From Gammaproteobacteria bacterium (GTDB lineage Bacteria; Pseudomonadota; Gammaproteobacteria; CBDBNL01; JAAOII01), in NCBI GenBank assembly GCA_965209035.1, contig OZ242372.1, forward strand, positions 320,001-384,000: a DNA stretch of 64,000 bases, in the 5' to 3' direction. Below, in pieces: positions 38,113 to 47,320 of the stretch. Below the pieces are notes generated by a model. It ran no database searches, was not told where the DNA came from, and saw nothing but the letters and a program-made list of their open reading frames with translations. A program made the translations under genes and the position numbers. Position 1 is the stretch's first letter. Every line of letters starts with the position of its first letter.

Positions 38113-39231
38113 TCAATTAAAAGAAATGATATATTTTGACAGGTCATATTCTTTCCCAGTCTTTGAAAAGTAGAAGGCAAAAGTCCTACTACCTTCGTTT
38201 CTTATAAAAAGATGATAAGCAGTACTATCTTCACTCTCTGTTGTCCCGCAATGTGTAAACAAAGAATCCATAACCGCTATGGGAACCAAACAAGCACTCT
38301 TTTTATCTGCAAATCCTAAAAATACATATCCTTGTTTAACACTCATCAAAAATTTAATTTGCTTTGTATTCAGTGTATACCAATAATCATAGCTATTGCT
38401 GATGCCATATCTCTTACTGATCATTAAACGCACCGCAGTCCCGGTTTGCTTATCTATGTGTTCTGCCATGGTTCGACGGCTAAGTGTTACTTGATACTTC
38501 CGGTTGAGTGCTTCTATCATTTTGTCTCTGATCTTCGCAATCGTTTGATTGCTATCGTTTTCTATTACCTCTTCTTTTTCTTCATCTTCTCGCTCTCGCA
38601 GCATCCTTCGGTACGACAATGTCTTGCCTGCATACATCCAACCTACAAGCCCGTTTGCGGCAGACCATTTATAACCAAGTTTCTTGTAAGCCTTCAAAGC
38701 AGCCGCGCTAAGAGAGAGCGTTTTACCTTCATAGTCGACTTTGTAATCCGATACGACTTCACAAGTAACAGATATATCACGGGCAAATTGTAAAATGGTG
38801 CCAACCGGAATTCCCAAATCTGTAATTTTGAAATGGAGTTTTTTATCCTTGAATTGCATTGTTTTTTTCAAAGCGGGCCCGTCCGCTGCCTCTGAAAAAA
38901 TATCTTCCTTTGGTGTAACCTCTTTGATAAATTGTGCCGAAGCAATTGAAATAGCTTCCTTCACTTGATCGGGATCAATCCGAAAAAACTCTCTTCTGTG
39001 ACGCACTCTTTGATCAGTAAAAACTCGATGAAGTTTCTTTTCTAACAAATTCGCATTATCCACTTCGGCTGCATAATAGCACCTAAAAGGAAGAGGAACT
39101 CCGGTGGAGTCAAGACCTTTAATTCTTTTTTCCAAATTATCGGTTTTTCCTATCTTGACCAAACCTGCCATCGATTCGTTGGTTAGGATGTAAATTATTT
39201 TACTTATTTTTATTATTTTGTATTTACTCAT
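38113..39231 (-). CDS. T5orf172/GIY-YIG nuclease with RAMA-like middle domain and unnamed C-terminal domain (copy 1)
   Basis: IYILTN..M.GLVKIG.T...RI..L, E..LH and REFF. Middle SLSAAA...NG..GW.Y.GKTL. Confidence 0.82.
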   Translation of the reverse strand: MSKYKIIKISKIIYILTNESMAGLVKIGKTDNLEKRIKGLDSTGVPLPFRCYYAAEVDNANLLEKKLHRVFTDQRVRHRREFFRIDPDQVKEAISIASAQFIKEVTPKEDIFSEAADGPALKKTMQFKDKKLHFKITDLGIPVGTILQFARDISVTCEVVSDYKVDYEGKTLSLSAAALKAYKKLGYKWSAANGLVGWMYAGKTLSYRRMLREREDEEKEEVIENDSNQTIAKIRDKMIEALNRKYQVTLSRRTMAEHIDKQTGTAVRLMISKRYGISNSYDYWYTLNTKQIKFLMSVKQGYVFLGFADKKSACLVPIAVMDSLFTHCGTTESEDSTAYHLFIRNEGSRTFAFYFSKTGKEYDLSKYIISFN

Positions 39232-39365
39232 GGGTTGAGTACTCGGTAAAAATCATAGTACCACCAAATCTTACTTGCATGTTGGTATCAATATATGATA
39301 CGGAGGATGAATTCATATGTAAGGTTTTACTCCCTCTTTGAATAAGTTGATATCTCATTAGTCAA

Positions 39366-40193
39366 TTAAGCAATATCAATGATGTATTTTGACAGATCAT
39401 ACTCCGGCACACCTTTTGGAAAATAAAATGTGAGTTTACCGTCATGTCTTGATTTAACATAAAAATGATAACCATTTCGTTTCTCTGTTACCCCGCAATA
39501 TTTAAGCAACGGATCTATATCCGCTATCGGCACCAAACAAACAATATTTTTATCCATAAAGCCAAAACATACATATCCTCGTTGAATATTTTTTATATAG
39601 ACCATTTGCCGGCCATACAGCGTATACCAATAATTATGAGTACTTTTATCATCTCTATTGCTTACTATTAAACACACTGCTGTCCCGGTTTGCTCATCTA
39701 TGTATACCGATGGCATTTTTCTAACCTTAACAAGTGTAATGCCAAGTTTTCGTTGGATTGGTTTTATCATTTTCTTTCTGACATCTTGAACTGTTAACAT
39801 TCCATTCATTTCTCTTACTTCTTCTTTTTCTTCTTCCTGTTCGATTCCTTGTTCTTGTAACACCTTCTGTGTTGTTTTTTTCTTCCCTACCCGATATGTT
39901 ACATCTTTAAAGATAAATTGTGTTGAAGCAATATCAATGACGCATTTGACTTGATGAGGGTCCAATTCAAAAAAACCTTTTGAAGGATTCACTCTTTTAT
40001 CAACAAAAACTTCATTAATTTTCTTTTCCAGAAAACTTGCTTTATCCATTTCGGCCGCGTAATAACATTGAAAAGGATCGGGAAGATCCGCGGTATCCAG
40101 TGAGTTAATGAGTTGTTCCAGATTCTTTATTCTGCCTACTTTTACACAATCCTTCAGTGACTTATTGGTTAAGATATAAATTATTTCAGTCAT
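39366..40193 (-). CDS. T5orf172/GIY-YIG-like paralogue with degenerate motifs (copy 2)
   Basis: IYILTN...VKVGR; shared C-terminal TAV.L.VS.R...YWY...GY.CFGF.DK...CLVPI...YDLSKYII. Confidence 0.78.
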   Translation of the reverse strand: MTEIIYILTNKSLKDCVKVGRIKNLEQLINSLDTADLPDPFQCYYAAEMDKASFLEKKINEVFVDKRVNPSKGFFELDPHQVKCVIDIASTQFIFKDVTYRVGKKKTTQKVLQEQGIEQEEEKEEVREMNGMLTVQDVRKKMIKPIQRKLGITLVKVRKMPSVYIDEQTGTAVCLIVSNRDDKSTHNYWYTLYGRQMVYIKNIQRGYVCFGFMDKNIVCLVPIADIDPLLKYCGVTEKRNGYHFYVKSRHDGKLTFYFPKGVPEYDLSKYIIDIA

Positions 40194-40350
40194 ATGTCTT
40201 ATTTTGTATTTATTAATAAATTGAATGCTCGGTAAAAACCATAACACCACCAAACTTTACTGGTATTTTGATAACAATAATATGACACGAAAAATGAATT
40301 CATATGTAAAGTTATACTCTCTTTTTGAAGTTCATGTCTCATTGTGCTAA

Positions 40351-41181
40351 CTAATCAAGATTAATGATATATTTTGACAGGTCATATTCTTTCCGGGTCT
40401 TGGAAAAATGGAATACCAAATTCCCGTTATCTTTTTCTTTTATAAAAAAATGATAACCAATGTCATCACCTCGCTCAGTTGTTCCGCAATTTCCAAGCAA
40501 AGAAGATATATCCGCTATTGGAACCAAACACGCAATTTTTTTATCCGTAAAACCGAAGCAGATATACCCCCGTTTAACATTCTTCAAAAATTGAATTTGA
40601 TTTGTATGCGGCGTATACCAATAATGATCATTATTGCTGATGTTATATTTCCTACTTACCATCAAACGCACTCCTGTCCCGGTTTGAAAATCTTCGTATT
40701 CTGCCTGCGTTCTTCTACGAAGGGTAATACCATTCTTCTGATTAATTGCTTCTACCATTTTTTCTCTTACAAGGAAAATTGCTGATCCTCGATTCACAGT
40801 ATCAACATTCGTAGGATTTGCTAAATAACCCTTCTTAGGAGTTACATCGGTAATGGCACCGGCAAGAACTTCCTCTAGGGTCACATGATTCTCAGGAGTT
40901 ACATCGGTAACTGCAGCGAATTCAAGGACTTTCTTTACTTGCTCCGGAGGCACTTGCAAGAATCCTTTTTTGTTGTTTACCATTTCATTCAGAAAAAATT
41001 TATGAAGCATCTTTTCCACCTGGCTCGCATTATCCACTTCGGCAGCATAATAACAGCGAAAAGGAAAAGGAACACTTGGAGTATCAAGTTTTTTTATTAC
41101 TTCTTTCAGGTCTTTTGCTCTGCCTACCTTTACAAAGCTTGCCATTGCAGAGTTAGTTAAAACATAAATTATTTCGTTCAT
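40351..41181 (-). CDS. T5orf172/GIY-YIG-like paralogue with degenerate motifs (copy 3)
   Basis: IYVLTN..M..FVKVGR and PFRCYYAAEV; same C-terminal domain. Confidence 0.78.
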   Translation of the reverse strand: MNEIIYVLTNSAMASFVKVGRAKDLKEVIKKLDTPSVPFPFRCYYAAEVDNASQVEKMLHKFFLNEMVNNKKGFLQVPPEQVKKVLEFAAVTDVTPENHVTLEEVLAGAITDVTPKKGYLANPTNVDTVNRGSAIFLVREKMVEAINQKNGITLRRRTQAEYEDFQTGTGVRLMVSRKYNISNNDHYWYTPHTNQIQFLKNVKRGYICFGFTDKKIACLVPIADISSLLGNCGTTERGDDIGYHFFIKEKDNGNLVFHFSKTRKEYDLSKYIINLD

Positions 41182-41460
41182 ATTATTCTATTTTGTATTG
41201 TTATATTTAATATTATTGACATCAGATTTTATATTCTCATATCAAGTAATAATATAAGAGGAAAAGTAAAAAAATAATGGATTATTTGTAAAAAATGACG
41301 ATTATTATAAAATAATAATTTTATATAAGGTATTTTTGTATAAAGTTGCTAAAAAACAAGCTAATTAAGAGTGCCAGACGCCATCCCTTCTACGCCACAA
41401 GCGAATAATGATAGCCTTGTGGCGGGATATTCAATCGTAAGGGATTAAAATATCTAAAAC

Positions 41461-43080
41461 ATGACAAAAGATAGCGTAAGTTCATTCAGCCTGCCGGAGA
41501 TCCGGGATTTTCTTAATAATACTGAGATGGTGTCCGCTACCCGAGCTCTTTATGGGGAGGGTCGACGGGCTTTTGATGTGCAAGAAGTTCGGGTGTTTAT
41601 TGAACATACTAAGGTGGCTTCCAATGCTTGCAAACTTTATAATGGGGGACGCAATCCGGGATATGACACGAATGCAATTCACGACTTCCTTGAAACATCA
41701 GAGGCTGTCATTGCAGCAAGGGAATCCTATACCCGGCAATCGGCTGCCTTTGGTTTTGATGTTAAGCCTGCCTTGTCTCTTGTTGATACTGAACTTGCCG
41801 CAACGGCGAGTGACTGTTATCAAAAATTAAGTGTGAATAGACCGGAACCCTACTTCAATTTTTTTAAAATTATCAAACGACATTATTGGGAAAACATGCA
41901 CAGTGATATTCTTGCGGAGTTTTTAGATCCGCGAGGTTCTCACGGACAGGAAAATATGTTTCTCCAAGAATTCATTCAAGTTCTTAAGAAGTTTGACAAG
42001 TCTGGGAAAATCCATCCGGAGGACTTTGAAGATGCCGAAGTCCAAAGAGAAAAACACCGTATAGATATTACGATCCACAGTTTGAGTAGTGATAAGACGA
42101 TTGTCATAGAAAATAAAATCAACTATGCCGTAGATCAGCCGGAACAACTGGGAGGGTATTTTAAGACCCTGAAAGAACAAGAAAGGGATACTGTGGCGAT
42201 GGTTTACTTAACTCCTGATGGGACAAAAAAACCCGAGGAACACAGTTACGGAAAAAGCAAAAAACTTATAGAGGAAGTGTTTATTAACTTACCCGCCCAT
42301 AATCATCAAAATGAAAGTGGAAATGACAGTGGGCGAAGTGTGGTTGCATGGCTGAAAACATGCCAAAATAAAATAAAGGAACGCAAGGATTTAAATGAAC
42401 CCGAGGATTCAAATGACCACCAGAATCTATCGGTTTTTCTGAAACAATATATTAAACTAATAGAAGTAGATACTATGAGCCAAGAACAAATGAAGGAGTT
42501 TTATCAACTCCTGTGCGAGAACGAGGAGCATTATAAAAAAGCACTCTCTGTAATGATGATGATGACCAAGGTCAGAAGATATCTTGTCGTAAAAATATTC
42601 AACGAATTGCGATTTGATGACACACATTCATCCGATTTATTTGATATCAGGGAAGTTAATCATGATACTGAAGAACCGGCCAAGGATGAAAATGCCCAAG
42701 AACATCTCATAAAAAATTTTATGGGCGGATATTTCTATTTTGAAAACATTGGTGGCATTGAATGTAATATGGATGTATTCCCGCGTTTGACCAAAGATAA
42801 ATTCGATTGCAGCATTCACATACATAGTTGGAAAATAGATCTTAATGAAATACATGATTTATATAACAAACTCAAAAAATTGAATTCTAATTGGGAGAAA
42901 GATGCACATCCCACGCACGGAGTATGCTTATATTACAAACCAAACAACAAAAACCTACCCCTCATGAGTGAAGACGACATCAAACATTGCGTTGAAGAAC
43001 TCGGCAAAATTACGGATAACCTAAACGAAGTTTTAACAGAAATCAAAAAAGAAAATGAACAAGAAAATCAAAACAATTAA
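41461..43080 (+). CDS. PD-(D/E)XK_4-like nuclease with N-terminal ~30-aa repeats
   Basis: EN.HSD.LA.FLDP..SHG, RE..RIDI and IENKI..A.DQ..QL..Y. Confidence 0.85.
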   Translation: MTKDSVSSFSLPEIRDFLNNTEMVSATRALYGEGRRAFDVQEVRVFIEHTKVASNACKLYNGGRNPGYDTNAIHDFLETSEAVIAARESYTRQSAAFGFDVKPALSLVDTELAATASDCYQKLSVNRPEPYFNFFKIIKRHYWENMHSDILAEFLDPRGSHGQENMFLQEFIQVLKKFDKSGKIHPEDFEDAEVQREKHRIDITIHSLSSDKTIVIENKINYAVDQPEQLGGYFKTLKEQERDTVAMVYLTPDGTKKPEEHSYGKSKKLIEEVFINLPAHNHQNESGNDSGRSVVAWLKTCQNKIKERKDLNEPEDSNDHQNLSVFLKQYIKLIEVDTMSQEQMKEFYQLLCENEEHYKKALSVMMMMTKVRRYLVVKIFNELRFDDTHSSDLFDIREVNHDTEEPAKDENAQEHLIKNFMGGYFYFENIGGIECNMDVFPRLTKDKFDCSIHIHSWKIDLNEIHDLYNKLKKLNSNWEKDAHPTHGVCLYYKPNNKNLPLMSEDDIKHCVEELGKITDNLNEVLTEIKKENEQENQNN

Positions 43081-44506
43081 AAAAATCAATCCGTTTGACA
43101 AGCAGATCACGGATATTGCGGACTATGTGATTAAGTATGATGTCAGCAAGCACAAACTTGCGCTGGACACGGCACACTATTGCCTGATGGACAGCATGGC
43201 TTGTGCGATGCTCGCCCTCGCCTATCCCGCTTGCACCAAGATGCTGGGACCTGTTGTGCCGGGTGCCACTTTACCGGGCGGGGCGCGGGTGCCCGGAACT
43301 TCCCATGAATTGGATCCGGTTCAGGCGGCATTTAATATTGGCAGTTTAATTCGCTGGCTGGATTACAACGATACTTGGCTGGCTGCGGAATGGGGACATC
43401 CTTCGGACAATCTGGGCGGCATTCTGGCTGTGGCAGACTACATCAGCCGCAACAACCGGCGGAACGGGCTCCCTCCTCTGCGGATGCGGGCGGTGCTGGA
43501 GGCGGCGGTGAAGGCGCATGAAATTCAGGGGATTTTGGCGTTGGAAAATGCGTTCAACCGGGTCGGGCTGGATCATGTTCTGCTGGTGCGTATTGCCACC
43601 TGCGCGGTGGTCACCCGCCTGCTGGGCGGCAATCGGCTGGAGGTTCTCAATGCGGTTTCCAATGCCTGGTTGGACGGATGTGCCTTGCGCACTTACCGGC
43701 ATGCGCCGAATGCGGGTTCGCGTAAGAGTTGGGCGGCCGGCGATGCGACAGCTCGGGCGGTGCGTTTGGCACTCATCGCTTTGAGCGGTGAGATGGGTTA
43801 TCCAAGTGTGCTCAGCACGCCCGTTTGGGGCTTTGAGGATGCGCTGATGCGCGGCAATCGGATTAAACGCAAGGTTCCGTATAAGGGCTATGTGATGGAA
43901 AATATTCTGTTTAAGATTTCCTTTCCGGCGGAGTTTCACGCGCAAACGGCGGTGGAAGCGGGAGTGACCTTGCATCCGCAGGTTGCGCCGCGCTCGGGCG
44001 ACATTAAAAAAATTGTCATTCAAACGCAGGAAGCAGGCAAACGCATCATTGACAAGAAGGGTCCGTTGGATAATCCGGCGGACAGGGATCACTGCATTCA
44101 ATATATGACGGCGGTGGCATTACTAAAAGGAAATTTAACTGCGGACGATTACGAAGATCGGGCGGCGGCAAACCCGGAAATTGACCGGTTGCGTTCTGTG
44201 ATGGAGGTGAGCGAGAATCCCGTATTCACCAAAGAATATTTTGACAATAACAAACGGGCGATTGGCAATTCGGTTCAGGTCTTCTTCAAAGACGGTACCA
44301 AAACCAAACTCGTGCGGGTGGACTATCCGATCGGTCATAGACTAAGACGCAAAGAAGGCATACCGGTTTTGAAACGCAAGTTCTCGGATGCGATTGCTAC
44401 GCGTATCTCGGCAAAAAACTGTGCCTTGCTGGAAGATGTTTGTGCCAAGCGCAGTCTGTTGGAAAAGATGCCTGTGGATGAGTTTCTTGATCTTTGGGCT
44501 GTTTAG
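43055..44506 (+). CDS. prpD: 2-methylcitrate dehydratase
   Basis: RWLDYNDTWLAAEWGHPSDN, YRHAPN.GSRKSWAAGDA and FPAEFHAQT. Confidence 0.97.
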   Translation: MNKKIKTIKKINPFDKQITDIADYVIKYDVSKHKLALDTAHYCLMDSMACAMLALAYPACTKMLGPVVPGATLPGGARVPGTSHELDPVQAAFNIGSLIRWLDYNDTWLAAEWGHPSDNLGGILAVADYISRNNRRNGLPPLRMRAVLEAAVKAHEIQGILALENAFNRVGLDHVLLVRIATCAVVTRLLGGNRLEVLNAVSNAWLDGCALRTYRHAPNAGSRKSWAAGDATARAVRLALIALSGEMGYPSVLSTPVWGFEDALMRGNRIKRKVPYKGYVMENILFKISFPAEFHAQTAVEAGVTLHPQVAPRSGDIKKIVIQTQEAGKRIIDKKGPLDNPADRDHCIQYMTAVALLKGNLTADDYEDRAAANPEIDRLRSVMEVSENPVFTKEYFDNNKRAIGNSVQVFFKDGTKTKLVRVDYPIGHRLRRKEGIPVLKRKFSDAIATRISAKNCALLEDVCAKRSLLEKMPVDEFLDLWAV

Positions 44507-44760
44507 CTGTTTAACTGTTTAACTGTTTAACCCGCCTCCTAATCTACCACCTCCCCCCCCATTATTGCCCCGCCTTTTTATCTCGCGTCATGTTGTTTGT
44601 GTTGTCTGTGCCGACTGTGTTGCCCGCCAAAAAGGGACGGCAACATAACAGCAATTAACGATAATTAAAGACAATAGCGGACGGACGGACGCACCCTGAA
44701 CACAACGCAAGGCAAGGATGATGCCAGAATGTCGGCACGCTCCCCAAAACCCCCGAAAAA

Positions 44761-44915
44761 CATCCCTGAAAAGTGTCCCTGAAAAGCGTCCCCGAAAAGC
44801 ATCCCTGAAAAGCATCCCTGAAAAGCATCCCTGAAAAGCATCCCCGAAAAGCATCCCTGAAAAGCGTCCCTGAAAAGCGTCCCTGAAAAGCATCCCCGAA
44901 AAGCGTCCCGAAAAA
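44761..44915 (+). repeat. About 12 x 13-bp tandem repeat C(A/G)TCCC(T/C)GAAAAG
   Basis: Counted directly; ends about 15 bp before the dctP-like ATG. Confidence 0.95.
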
Positions 44916-44929
44916 CCAAAAACTAAAAA

Positions 44930-46018
44930 ATGAACTCCTTGATTGAATCTCTTACAAGATTAACCCAAAGATCTTTACTCCGCAAGCCCTTGCCCTCATT
45001 GCCCTATTCGGCAGTTGCAATTCTGGCAGGAATTATGATCGCAAACCCTGTTTTTGCGGAACAGAAATGGAAACTGCGTGTGCATCATTTTCTCAGCACG
45101 AGTTCTGTCACACACAAGTTGCTTCTGGTTCCTTGGGCTAGATCCCTGGAAAGGGATTCGGGCGGACGCCTGGAAGTTGTCATTTATCCGTCAATGCAGT
45201 TGGGGGGGGCTCCGCCGCAACTTTACGATCAGGCGGTTCGGGGTCTGGCGGATGTGGTCTGGACTCTGCCCGGTTATACCGCCGGCAGGTTCCCCAAAAT
45301 GGAAGTGTTTGAATTGCCGTTTATGGCAAGTTCGGGCGAGGCGACCAGTCAGGCGGCCTATGATTTTTATCGCCGCCAGGCCCGGGACGAATTCAAAGAT
45401 ACGCATGTTTTGACTGTGCATGCCCACAGACCCGGCCAAATGCATATGAAAAACAGACCGATTCGCCGACTGGAAGATCTGCGCGGGACGCGCATTCGCG
45501 CACCCGGCAGAATGAGTAATCTCTTTTTGAAGGAGTTGGGGGCTGTGCCGGTTGGCATGCCTGTGCCGTCTTTGCCGGATGCAATTGCCAAGGGTGTGGT
45601 GGATGGCGCCTTAATTCCCTATGAGGTTGCCCTGCCCTTGCGGCTGCATGAATTGACAAACTCGCATACGGATGTTCGCGGGACGCGCGGCCTCTATACC
45701 GCTGTTTTTCTGCTCACGATGAATCGGGCAACCTACGAAAAACTACCGGCAGATCTGCGCGGGTTGATTGATACCCATTCCGGTTTGGCACTCGCCAAGC
45801 GTGCCGGTCGGCTTTGGGATGAGGCGGATCCGCCCGTGATTGCAGCCGCCAAGGAACTCGGCGATGCCTTTTACTTTATTGAGGGGGAAGAATTAAAACG
45901 CTGGCAAGAGATCGGCAACAGAGTGACGCAGAAATGGATTGAAGAGTCAAGTAGAAAAGGAATAAACGGCGCGTCCCTTGTGGAAGAAGCAAGAAACCTG
46001 ATAAAGAAATACGAGTAA
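44930..46018 (+). CDS. TRAP transporter substrate-binding protein (DctP family)
   Basis: Signal-like segment, SGGRL....YP..QLG, GRFP...ELPF and DL.G.RIR. Confidence 0.92.
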   Translation: MNSLIESLTRLTQRSLLRKPLPSLPYSAVAILAGIMIANPVFAEQKWKLRVHHFLSTSSVTHKLLLVPWARSLERDSGGRLEVVIYPSMQLGGAPPQLYDQAVRGLADVVWTLPGYTAGRFPKMEVFELPFMASSGEATSQAAYDFYRRQARDEFKDTHVLTVHAHRPGQMHMKNRPIRRLEDLRGTRIRAPGRMSNLFLKELGAVPVGMPVPSLPDAIAKGVVDGALIPYEVALPLRLHELTNSHTDVRGTRGLYTAVFLLTMNRATYEKLPADLRGLIDTHSGLALAKRAGRLWDEADPPVIAAAKELGDAFYFIEGEELKRWQEIGNRVTQKWIEESSRKGINGASLVEEARNLIKKYE

Positions 46019-46022
46019 CCCG

Positions 46023-46045
46023 GCCGGGCGAGGCCCGAGCCCGGC
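46023..46045. terminator. GC hairpin between convergent genes
   Basis: GCCGGGC-N9-GCCCGGC; weak U-tracts. Confidence 0.45.
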
Positions 46046-46060
46046 TTGAGAGTTTTGATG

Positions 46061-47320
46061 TTATCCGTCGGTTACCGGCTTGTCCGGGGACGCCACTTCT
46101 TCTTTCTCCCGGTAATGCTCGGACAGGTATTTAAGAAAAACCAACATCACCAGCATAATGACCGCGGCGGCGAGCATCGGATAAAAGATCAGAAAACTTT
46201 GACGCGCAAACAGAAAGCCAAAAAACATCGGTCCCAGAGACGCGCCCAGGGTCATTGAAGTAAAAAAATGACTGACGGTTTTTGCCGGAATTTGAAAGTC
46301 TGTTTCGCAATAAGCCAGAACACAGGGGAAACATACGGATAGCCCGGCACCCACGGCAATATTGACCAGCCACAGGGATGACAAGCTGGGACCGGTCAAA
46401 ATCAGATAAAGAACGCCGATAAAAACAATTGCCACATGCACGAGCATAATGCGGATGGCATCATAACGCATGGATAAGACCGCACCGAGTAATCGGAAAA
46501 CGGTAAACAAAAGCCAAAAAACAGAAGTAAAAAAGCCCGCTTGTGCGGCATTCATCAAACCGCTTTCTCGCATGAACGGAAAAATCCAGATACTATATCC
46601 CGCCTCTACGACAAGATAAAAGAAAACAAACAGATGAATGGCAATCAGCACTTGCCTTCTTTTTCCATAGGTATTGAATCCCATATCCGCATTCTCTGTC
46701 GGCTTGACGGCGGGTAAGCGAATAAAAAAGAGCGCACCAAAACCTATAAAAGCGAGAAAGGCAAAAAATGCATACGCATACTTGATATGTTGCAGATAAT
46801 GAATATTCCAGCCGACGAGAACAGGCGACAGGATTGCGCCTATGCCAAAACAAAAATGCATGATATTCATATAAAGAGCGGGGTTTTGTTTGTAGGTTTT
46901 GAGAAGTGTAACATTGGAGATGATTTCCAACATCCCCTGAGAAACGGCAAGCACAAAAAGAACACCGAAAAGAAGAATCACGGACGACATGAACCCCGCC
47001 AACAGGACGCACAGTGCATTAAAAAGTAACGCAATCAGAATGAGGCGGTGAACTGCGTTGCGTTCCACATAGTATCTGCAAACATAGACACCGGAAAGGA
47101 AGCCAAACGGCATAAAAATAAAGAGAAGATTAATCTTCTTAATAGAGACATCCGCCTGATTCGCAAGAGTGAGAAGCGAAGGACCAATCATACCGACACC
47201 CAAACCGACCAAAAAGATCAGATAAAAAAGCATACCGGTCAGGAAAATTCTTTCCCGGTTTGCCGCCAAGTTTTCCGCGAAGGATTTGGTGGCCTGCGGT
47301 GTTTGTGCCGATGTTTCCAT
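46061..47320 (-). CDS. MFS transporter (TsgA/FucP-like)
   Basis: About 12 hydrophobic segments, MH.CFG.GA...P; TAATG overlap with the trpS stop. Confidence 0.85.
   Translation of the reverse strand: METSAQTPQATKSFAENLAANRERIFLTGMLFYLIFLVGLGVGMIGPSLLTLANQADVSIKKINLLFIFMPFGFLSGVYVCRYYVERNAVHRLILIALLFNALCVLLAGFMSSVILLFGVLFVLAVSQGMLEIISNVTLLKTYKQNPALYMNIMHFCFGIGAILSPVLVGWNIHYLQHIKYAYAFFAFLAFIGFGALFFIRLPAVKPTENADMGFNTYGKRRQVLIAIHLFVFFYLVVEAGYSIWIFPFMRESGLMNAAQAGFFTSVFWLLFTVFRLLGAVLSMRYDAIRIMLVHVAIVFIGVLYLILTGPSLSSLWLVNIAVGAGLSVCFPCVLAYCETDFQIPAKTVSHFFTSMTLGASLGPMFFGFLFARQSFLIFYPMLAAAVIMLVMLVFLKYLSEHYREKEEVASPDKPVTDG

Noticed and set aside
35366-41181. Integron cassette array
   Set aside because: No intI, and no RYYYAAC...GTTRRRY attC hairpins seen in the spacers, which look promoter-like.
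41393-41424. Inverted repeat CGCCACAAG-N14-CTTGTGGCG as a mobile-element end
   Set aside because: A single hairpin with no partner end, target duplication or transposase; function cannot be assigned.
44588-44919. ORFs made of FRDAF/GMLF repeats, and the Cys- or Asn-rich frames over nadE
   Set aside because: Translation artefacts of tandem repeats.
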